From NCBI GenBank assembly GCA_021613535.1, contig CP075496.1:8246001-8310000 (forward strand): 64,000 bases of DNA. The letters are read 5' to 3'. The DNA is from Adineta vaga (lineage: Eukaryota; Animalia; Rotifera). Shown here piece by piece: positions 54,490-64,000 of the stretch. The notes below the pieces were generated by a model. It made no database searches and was not told the origin of the DNA. It saw only the letters and a list, made by a program, of their open reading frames with translations. Numbering within the stretch: position 1 is the stretch's first letter; every line of letters starts with the position of its first letter. The position numbers and the translations under genes were made by a program.

Positions 54490-56423
54490 GAAGTTTTCAA
54501 TCACACAAATAAACAACTATACAGCTGATAAATGATTACATCTGTTCAGACATTCTTCCAATATATTATACGCTAATGTGTGTCTTTGTCTCAAGAAAAT
54601 GTAATTGGACAGAAATCATTGTTTCATCAAACAATTTTATTTGAAAACAAAAATAATTCAACATCTTGTTTTCTTCGCAATTCTATCAAGGAAAAATAGA
54701 AAAATAATGACAAATAGATGGCGATAGTAGTACTCATGATGAATCATTACTATTAGCAGGCACACACACAATCAATCAATCAATCATTCAGTCAGTCAAA
54801 TGCAATCATCATCGTCGTCGATAAAGTATTGAATCGCTTATGATCGTCTATCTGATAAGATAGAATGATGTTCAACGTCTACAAAGTGTTTGATTCGTAA
54901 TTATAAGTACTCACATTTCATAAAAAAATATTATGATAATCTAAGCGTGAAGGTTCTTTGCATATTTCCAGTAAATAGAGAAGAGAAAATAGGTTACCGC
55001 AATTTCTTTTTCTTACCTCACTGTATGTAAATCGATAACATGCATTTCTACGTTCATTTGTATAACAAATGTTATAGAGGTAATATGATCAGATGAAGAA
55101 AGAAGGAAAAGATTATTTAACATTTCGATGAATAATTTCTTTCTCTTCGATGAATCTTTTGTACAAAGAAAAAAGATGTTGAACTTGTATGTTCTTTTTT
55201 CAATGTCACGTACTATATTAAGCTATTTTTGGATGAATTTAATATCTAGAATTACAAGACGATTTGGATGTAACACGTTTATTATATGATCTTTGACTCG
55301 TAAGAAATGATTTCTTATCTATTTTGTTAAACTAAACTTGTTAAGTTGCTCGAAGAATATGTTTGTTGTCTCGGCGTTTCAAATTTCGAGTAAAAAAATC
55401 ATATCAATATTATTGAAAGTGTTGGATTTCGAGCAGAAAAATGACATAACTCCATACAATCAAATATTACGTTTAATCGTTAATTAAGTTCGTATACTTT
55501 TTTCCATTGAAAACATATTTAGTAAATAATCATTGTCTTACGTTCTTATTCCATTTCGATTGCAATTACATATATATCATTGTTTGAAATCATGCTGTGT
55601 ATTCTCGTGATAGATTCTTTTCAGAGATATAAATCGCCTCCGGGGCATGATTGATTATTACATGAAAAAAGATATTCATATATTTCCAGTTGATAAGTCT
55701 AGTAATCGATTCAACTGCGAAGAAACTACCCAATGATCTTGATTATCTCTTGTTTTCTATTTGAACTAGATCATTTATTTAGTAATCTTTATTAGATAAT
55801 CATATTTTTTTTCATTGATAATGATCTGATACATATATAATATATCATTATCGAAAATTGTGTCAGATTTCTCAGATAGTTCATCGACATCATACATAAA
55901 TCGTTGAGGTCAAAGTAAAAAACATTAATGGATATTCAATTTTGGTTATTTACTGAAAACTATTTACCACTTGTGACATATATTTATTTCTTTGAAAAAC
56001 TTCATGAAAAAAGCTTTTATAATGAAAAAATATCTTTTCGAGTATCTACTCGTCGAGAATGATGTTTTTAATGTCAATCAACAAAAGTAATATCAAAACT
56101 AATAGTGTAATTTTCTTCTTGAAAATGAAGAAAATCATGATATTTTCTCACATCTCTTTTTTTCTACTCTTTTCCACTTTACAAAAAAAAATCAAATGGC
56201 AGAAGTTATTTTTACTTTCATCTTAGAATACTATCATTTTTGCATTTTTTATTCTTTGAAAAGTAAAATAAAATGCATAACTTTTAAATATGAATTAAAT
56301 TTGATTACATCGGAAAGAAGAAAAATCTAAAGTACAGACACTTCCTTTTTATTGTTTAAAAAAAATTATTATTCATTATCACAATTTTTCTGTGTAAAAT
56401 GACTGCCTCTTTTACATCGACGA

Positions 56424-58188
56424 TGATTTTCGTTGTGTTTTTCATTTCATCAGGTAAGTTCAATATATAGTTTCAAACGAAAACTAGATTGATTGAATCT
56501 TTATGCTAGTAATTTTTACGTGCAATGCAGCAAATAATACAACTCAATTTGATAATTTTACTATTGAATGGCAGGATTTTAGTTTGTTTACATGTGGCAC
56601 ACCAACGACTCTTGAGGTCTCATTATTTACTTGTTTACCAGCGCGAAATTATTCCTTGGATGAAGTCACTTGTCTTGAAGAAACAACGATTGATTTCGAT
56701 ACAACTACATGTCAAAGTACTACTGTGACAACTGCAATGGTGTATACAAGCACTCCTGCTATAACAACACAACAAATAACGACAATGGACAGTACAACTG
56801 CATATATCGAAGTAAATAAACATAAACTTCGTTTGTAACAATTTTGCTTTTTTGTGAAATCTAATCCATCAGTAGATCTACATTATTTATTTTATTTTTA
56901 GACATCAACAAATAAAATACAAGTAACAACGGCAAGCGCAACTACAGATAGACAGACGTCTATTACTGTTACAACCACCAGTACTAGCACTGTTGTATCA
57001 ACTACTACTACTACTACTACTACTACTGTTGCAGCAACCAATAGTAGTACCGTTGCATCAACTACTACTACTACTGTTGCAGCAACCAATAGTAGTACTG
57101 TTGCATCAACTACTACTACTACTGTTGCAACAACTAATACTAGTACTGTTGCATCAACTAGTACTAGTACTGTTGCATTAACTACTACTACTACTACTGT
57201 TGCAGCAACCAATAGTAGTACTGTTGCATCAACTACTACTACTACTACTGTTGCATCAACTAGTACTAGTACTGTTGCATTAACTACTACTACTACTACC
57301 ACTGTTGCAGCAACCAACAGTAGTACTGTTGCAATAACTAATACTAGTACTGTACCAGCCACAAATGCCAGCGGTACAACATCAAACATGGCTTCTACTG
57401 GTACATTAATGACAACTGTTGCTGGTTCTATTTCAACAGTAACAAATGCTGCAGGAGATACGTATAAATGTGTGGATGAACTTTACATAGGTGTTTACTG
57501 TAATGTATCATCGAATCCATGTGATATGTCACATCCTTGTCTTAATTCTGCAACTTGTTATCCGAATAATACATATCCCAATGGATATTATTGTCAATGT
57601 CGAACAGATTATAGTGGTAGCTATTGTGAAATTGATAACAGTGTATGTCAAGAAGGTACATGCTGGTAAGAGAACTATCGGTATTCGAACATTAATAACG
57701 CTTTTCAATATTTTAGGCATAATGGAACGTGCATTTCCGGAAATTCTAGTTTTTCGACTACGAATGGATCTAGTTTTCGATGTGAATGTGTGGAAGGTTA
57801 CAATGGGGTATACTGTGAACTTGAAACAAATTTATGTGATAATATAACCTGTGAAAATAAAGGTGTCTGTCAAACAACTTATCAACAATGGAAATGTTTA
57901 TGTCTTGATACATCACTTTTTTACGGTGATTATTGTCAATTTAAAACAACTAAATTACGACTTCGAGAAATTTTAAGTAAATCATTTGCATCAATTGCCA
58001 TCGCAGCAATTATTGCAACCTGCACATTTGTTGTAATTATGGATATACTTAAATATGTATTTCATATTGATCCAGTTGAATGTGAACGTGAAAGTTATAG
58101 AAAACGACGAGAAGAACGACGACGTGCAAGACGACCACCGAAGAACGATGACTTGAAACTTGCATTAAGATTTCAATATGTTACATAA
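56424..58188 (+). CDS. Mucin-like type I membrane protein with Thr-rich repeats and several EGF domains
   Basis: Signal exon MIFVVFFISS, Thr/Ser repeat exon, about 3-4 EGF modules, TM FASIAIAAII and a basic cytoplasmic tail. Confidence 0.85.
56980..57355 (+). repeat. Coding tandem repeat: (ACT)n-GTT-GCA modules encoding TTTTVAATNSSTVAS
   Basis: Alternating actactact..gttgcagcaaccaatagtagt and actgttgcatca units with variable ACT counts. Confidence 0.9.
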
Positions 58189-59278
58189 AAAACAAACTAT
58201 AGAGAACTTATTTTATTTTACATATATATGACATATTTTATTTTATTTTATTTTATCGAATTAAATCATATTTTTCGCTTTTTTCATTCATCTAATGGAA
58301 TTCTGTCGATAAAATCATGGAATGGGAAATCATTTCTTGTGTTTCTGAAGAGAATTTTTGATATGATGAGAGAATTTTGTGCAGAAAATTCACGTTGGTA
58401 AGATGTTTCAACCAAGTCACAGAGTGTAAAGAAAAAATAGTTTAATTCACATTTTATAGGAGGAAATTAATGTAGTAAAAGAAATTGCGTATTAATTAAT
58501 TCTTATTTTCTTTCAGGATTAATGATAGTTCTATAAAAGTTAATATTACATTAGTAAATGATAATAAAGTTTTGTTCATATGTGATAATATAAAATGTAG
58601 TATGTATATGTTGTCTTATTTTGTTATTTGTTAATTAATAGGACTTATTGTTAAGCGAATATTGATTCATCGATTGTGATTGATATAAGAGAAAGAAAAG
58701 ATTTCTCAGAATAAAATTTAGTTCATTTTTGGACTATTTCGTAGATGCTTCATACAGGATATTTGTCATATTGATGCTAGAATTGTAGATTATATTGAAG
58801 CAAACGAATTCAATGTATTTATATTGTCATAACATCATTGCAGTAATTAATATTGACATCTAGTGCAATCAGATTGATCACATTATTTTCGACAGGAAAG
58901 ATAAGTGAAAAACTAAGAATTTATGATTCCGTAAAGTTAATTTGATTATCGTTATTATTTTTTCGAATAAAGATATTGTTAAATGTCTATTGAAACTATT
59001 TTACACACTAGAAAATCGTCAGTTTTCATTTCTTTTCTCAAATATTGATCTATCAAATATTTCTACATGAAATTGTGAAGTGGTAATAAATTATTTTTTA
59101 GACAGAATTCTAAAACAGATGTATTACAATATTTATTATCTATTAGTTATATATGATCATGTTGTAAGACTGTTATTTGTTACAAAATAGATCAAGTCGA
59201 AGATTTAAAGATTATTTTTACAGTATTATGTGGGTGATAATCAATTGAAAGATATATCTTCTTTTAGTATGAATACAT

Positions 59279-60185
59279 ATGCTTCCTAATCTTTTTTATA
59301 TAATTAATTTTTCAATTTCAATCTTTGTTGCAATTATTGCCTTAATTATTGCTTTTCTCATTCTAATTTCTGTTATTTGCCATCGATCTTGTCGTACAAT
59401 TTCAAATCTTCTCATATGTAACACATCCATAGCAACGATTGCTTATTATCTACTCAATCTTATATCCATTTTCTATGCTCTTCAAAATAATTGGGCATAT
59501 CATCAACCAGCTTGTGTTTTTCGTGCATATTCCTATACTGTTCTATGTGCAGCTCTTTGTTATTCATATTCTATTCATGCTATTAGTCGTTTATTCTTTA
59601 CTGTTTTTTACACACATAAATCTCTTCAAACATGGTTTGTTCATTGGACGATGATTCTTATTAGTTGGTCAGTTAGTATTCTAACACCAATTGTACCTTT
59701 GCTCATTTTTAAACATGGCTATCAATTAGAAGAAGAATCTCGTATATGTTTACCAACAACAAAAATCTTTCTTTCATCGATATGTTCGCTTAGTATTGCG
59801 TTTCTTATTCCTTTAACTATTGTAACAAGTATCTATGGTATTATCTTTTTCCATGCACGTCAATCTACGCATCGAATTCGAGGTTTTACTTCAAATGTAA
59901 CGACTATGATGATGACAAGTCAACCGAAGTTACTTAAAGTTAAACGTGAAATAAAATTAATGAAGAAAATCTTGATATTAGTGTGTCTTCTCCTTTGTGG
60001 TGGAACACCTTATTCAATTCTTGTATTATGGCATTTTTTGTGTACGAAATCTCCACCAGAATCAGTATTTATTAAGTACGAATTCTATATCAATTTTTAT
60101 TGCATTGAAAATGATCACATTATTTCGTATGTGTAAACAAATAAAAAATAATGTGTTGCAATATTTATCAAGATTGCAACGATGA
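59279..60185 (+). CDS. Divergent orphan class A GPCR, intronless; apparent frameshift near 60066
   Basis: NLLICN, ACVFRAY, AISRL, ICL, LIP, GTPY. TM7 (YLLSTNSISIFIALKMITLF) continues in another frame to the stop at 60185. Confidence 0.75.
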
Positions 60186-61075
60186 TAATGTTTATTCGAA
60201 CAAAATGTTTCTTTCGTTTGAGAAGAGAAACTTATAAAAAGAAGATGTTTTTTTTTCTTCTTTATTTTTGTTATTGATATAATCATCGTTGTATTTCTCC
60301 CACGTCGGAGGGTGAAAGCGATGTTTCATTGAATGAATAAAAATAAATCTCTAATCGATAGAGAAAGGTAACAATTGAGAAAAAAGAACAGAATATAAAT
60401 ATACATTTCATCACGAATATGCCTTTACCATTTTACCGATGTTGAATCATCAATTCTTGTAGAAAATGATGAAACGAACCGTTTTCGTTAGTATTGAATC
60501 AGTTATCGACCAGTGATATAACCTTTTACTGACATAAATATTGTAGTTAAGAGTTCTCAATTTTTTCTTTGATTATGTAAATATGATTTAGAGGTATGAA
60601 TCGATCGAATCAGGTAAAGCCTTCAGTGACATATACTTTTTAATGTAATGACATCTTTTCTTTTACATTTGAATCGCATGACTCGTCTAACGAGAAGTAT
60701 AATGTATGTAATATTTTTCCTTCTTTCTCCCGTCAAAAGTATGGCTGCAAATAAAATAGCGGAATGAAAAAAAAACATCTTGTTTTTATTCTATTCAGGA
60801 AGCTTTGACGGCAGGTACAAAAATTGTAAGTAGAATGTCGCTTCGATTGTTTTAATCCGATTTGGAATTATTTTCGCTATCGAATATTTACAGTCGATGT
60901 ATGTCTTTTTAAATTATGAAATATATTTACTTGTCAAGGAAGAGTACAAATATTTGTTTTTTCTTGCAAATAAACTTTAGAAGAAAAGAAGATTTTTATC
61001 AAGTTTTTCTTTTCTTTTTTCAAAGATTATTACTTTTTAGATATTTGTGGTCATTCTTATCGTTGATCATATCGA

Positions 61076-62464
61076 ATGGCTTCAAACTTATTACCAACGC
61101 AGAGAGACAATGATTCACCATTTCAAGGACTTAAAGAACAACCACTTGTTCCTTTAGTACGTGCAATTCAACCATTACTTGCGATTGTTCCGGACATAAA
61201 ACAAATGATAGTTGTAATTCAGCAGAAATGTACTGAATTAGTCGATGCTCTTTCGTCAGATGAAGTAGGTTCAATTTTACTTTACACATTCCGATCGAAA
61301 AAATCTCAGTCTTCATTCCGTTCAATTCTTAATAAAACACTTCGATCACAAGTTCACGAAAATATCTTTCCTTGGTTTCTTTATCTTCGATTATTTCTTA
61401 GTGCTCTATCAAAACTTCCATCCGTACCATTTCATACAGTCTATCGTGGAATTAAAGACAATGTTCTTGACGATTATTCGAAAGATGAGAAAACTATCTG
61501 GTGGAGTTTTATATCTTGTAAATCATCTCTTCAAGCGGCTGAAAAACTTTTCGATGGAAATAATGCTAAAACAATTTTTATTATCGAATGTGATATGGCT
61601 AAAGATGTTAGTAAATATTCTCAAGATGAAAATGAAATTTTACTATTTCCGGCACGGCATTTTGAAGTTATATCATTGGTAGAATTTAGAAATCAACTGA
61701 ATCTTATTCAATTGAGAGAAATTCAAGCAGAACCTCCTCTTATTGAAATACCATCGGTGACTTTCATTGATCGATCAGTAATAGAATCTTCAAATCAAAG
61801 TTCTTCTAAGCATCGTCTCGAATATTTCATAGATCAATATTCTCTACACGCAAAAATACATTTAATCGAACAACGAATCGTTGACGACGAAGTACCAATT
61901 ATTGTTAAACATGCAATTATTAAAAAGCAATGTAAAGGATTATTATTATCAAAAAATCTGATTACAGCATCTGGTTTATCATCTCTCGTTACAGAATTGA
62001 AGGAAAATAAAACACTGGAATTTCTCAGTCTTTCACACAATCATTTAGGTGATAGAGGTGCAAAATCTTTAGCAAATATACTATCTGTTGATACTTGTCA
62101 TCTTAGTATACTTAGTCTTCATGGAACTAGACTTACTGATGAAGGTGTGCAATCTCTTTGTGATATGTTAAAGAAAAATACTAGTTTAACTTGGCTTCAC
62201 ATTGGTCAAAATAAAATTAGTGATCAAGGAGTAAAACAATTAACCAATACATTAACAAATCATAATAATGTTCTGGAAGCACTTGATCTGTCAAAGAATA
62301 AGTTAATTACTGATTCGAGTATTGATTATATTGATAAAATGTTCAAGGAAAATAACACCTTGAATACATTATGGATCAATCATTGTGATTTGTCATCGAA
62401 AGGAAAAAATAGATTGGAGCATGTTGTTAACTCATACAAACATTATTTTGTTCTTACGGTGTAA
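61076..62464 (+). CDS. ART-family mono-ADP-ribosyltransferase fused to RI-like leucine-rich repeats, intronless
   Basis: R-S-E motifs TVYRG / WWSFISC / DENEILL, followed by about 5 LRRs of about 28 aa (LSLSHNHLGDRGA, LHIGQNKISDQGV, LDLSKN). Confidence 0.88.
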   Translation: MASNLLPTQRDNDSPFQGLKEQPLVPLVRAIQPLLAIVPDIKQMIVVIQQKCTELVDALSSDEVGSILLYTFRSKKSQSSFRSILNKTLRSQVHENIFPWFLYLRLFLSALSKLPSVPFHTVYRGIKDNVLDDYSKDEKTIWWSFISCKSSLQAAEKLFDGNNAKTIFIIECDMAKDVSKYSQDENEILLFPARHFEVISLVEFRNQLNLIQLREIQAEPPLIEIPSVTFIDRSVIESSNQSSSKHRLEYFIDQYSLHAKIHLIEQRIVDDEVPIIVKHAIIKKQCKGLLLSKNLITASGLSSLVTELKENKTLEFLSLSHNHLGDRGAKSLANILSVDTCHLSILSLHGTRLTDEGVQSLCDMLKKNTSLTWLHIGQNKISDQGVKQLTNTLTNHNNVLEALDLSKNKLITDSSIDYIDKMFKENNTLNTLWINHCDLSSKGKNRLEHVVNSYKHYFVLTV

Positions 62465-62568
62465 ATAAATATTACTTATCTACTGTTTATTTTATTGAAA
62501 CTTAAATAAGAATATTTTCTTTAATAAATATTTTTCATACGAATTGAAAAAGTACAATTTCTTTGAGA

Positions 62569-64000
62569 TCAATAAAGTGCACAAAGTACTTGTCCTCTAT
62601 CTAAATTAGTGTTTCCTTCGAAAAGCATAGTTTTATCGTATGTTGAAACAATCTGTAAAGCATATACGTATGATGTATAAACTGTAGCCAAAGAACGAGA
62701 CACGTATGTATTCCAATTTGATTGATTATTTGGGAAAATATTATTCACATAAATTGAACTACCCAGTGAAGTTTCTATACTAACCCAAAGACGATAAGTT
62801 GGATATGCTTGAGCGATAATGATGATATCCGAAGCAAAGATTGGACTAATCAACAACCAACCTATTCCATTACATGCTGTTTGACTTGCTGAATATGTTG
62901 TCAATGCTGAACTTATTAATTGTGTACAAACCCATTGAGACGAATATTGAATAAGGATATAACCTTGTGATTCACACGGAAGACATTTATTTGCAGTTTG
63001 AGACCAAAACCATAATGGCATTTGACAAGTACAAGTACCATCTATAAAAAATTATTTTTAAAAGAGATTATGACTTCCTCTCGTTGTTTTGTTTTTGTTC
63101 ATGAATTTAGAAACTTACTGATACAAGCAAGATTTAATGCTTGTGGACATTGACTATCACTGGTACAGTTATCATTATATGTGCCTTGATTAACACACGA
63201 GGATGTACTATTTGCACCATTCCCTATTACCCATGTTTGTCCTTCATAGCAATCACATGTATACAGTTGAGATTGCAGTGGACAATCACAAGCAGGATAG
63301 GGACCGGGTAAACGACAAAAAAGTCCAACTTGTGTATCACAACTCGAATTTAGTTCACAATAACCTGTATATGTTGATACTGGTTCACATCGAGCATAGG
63401 ACCAATATGTTCCCAAAGGACAGATACATACTTGTGTGCCTGGATCACATACAAGATCAAGTTGTGTGTTACATGTCGAAGTTATACATGAAGCATGAAA
63501 TAGCGCATAAGCTATTAATAATCATATTCTCAGAATTTCCTTTGTTTATTCTAATTTTACTTACTAGTACAGCCTGAAATTGTATAATGCGTATTCGAAG
63601 GACATTGACATGTTCCATTTCTATGACAAATAAGACCTTTATCAGTCGTACATTCTTCATTTCTTAAACATATTTCATTAAGTTTTTTAACTGTTGAACA
63701 TTTCTTTTGGTTATAATTCCAATAAGTTTGACTCGAACAAAGACATGTGAATACCGTTGGACTACATGTTAAACCTGTTCCTGATAAACATTGAACTTTT
63801 CCACTAGCACATGTTTCTAAATAGGATGCCGTTTGACGAAGACGAATAAGTCCAGCTATGAGCCAAGCAATTGTCAAGGAAATAAAAAGAATCAGAAAAA
63901 ACAGAATAATAAAACGACGAGGATGAGTTGAATGTTCATAGTGCAGAAATGTATATAAACGTTTGGAACGTGACCGTTCAGTAGTTCGTTTTATTTCAGT
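62569..64000 (-). CDS. 5'-partial type II membrane protein with Cys-rich (EB/EGF-like) repeats and a C-terminal C-type-lectin-like domain
   Basis: The frame is open to the window edge (..HPRRFIILFFLILFISLTIAWLIAG). It has repeated C-x3-C..GL-x-C..CxC..YW units, then TYSASQTAC..LWV..VLC. Confidence 0.72.

Noticed and set aside
56980-57355. Possible CRISPR-like repeat array
   Set aside because: There are no unique spacers, the unit is codon-based, it lies inside a spliced exon, and no cas genes are present.
56898-57389. 163 aa Val-rich minus-strand ORF
   Set aside because: It is the antisense shadow of the (ACT)n Thr repeat.
34030-60075. Programmed ribosomal frameshifting as the explanation for split ORFs
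   Set aside because: The sites share no slippery sequence or downstream structure, so assembly error is simpler.

Overview
AT-rich, gene-dense eukaryotic (animal) DNA with many short GT-AG introns. Gene content and family style (RING-less B-box/SPRY genes, an ART-LRR fusion, F-box and kelch relics, a Cys-less pLGIC) point to a bdelloid rotifer-like genome; this is an inference, not a database result. About 28 genes or gene relics are supported. Conserved genes include a HADHA-like gene, GDPD1/3, CEP43, OSCP1, CALML4-like, KEAP1, TBC1D10, an insulin receptor, SCYL1, GT10 and GT31 glycosyltransferases, two GPCRs and an EGF-trypsin. The most notable accessory elements are (i) a 7.3 kb head-to-tail array of six intronless B-box/coiled-coil/SPRY-like genes with signs of a two-gene-unit duplication and birth-and-death decay, (ii) an intronless ADP-ribosyltransferase-LRR fusion, (iii) a Cys-less pentameric ion channel with no signal peptide, and (iv) a HADHA-like gene with no presequence and a broken NAD-binding motif. 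Isolated single frameshifts in otherwise intact genes suggest assembly indel errors. No RNA genes, CRISPR arrays or recognisable transposons were seen. Coordinates of multi-exon genes span introns and were assembled by eye.
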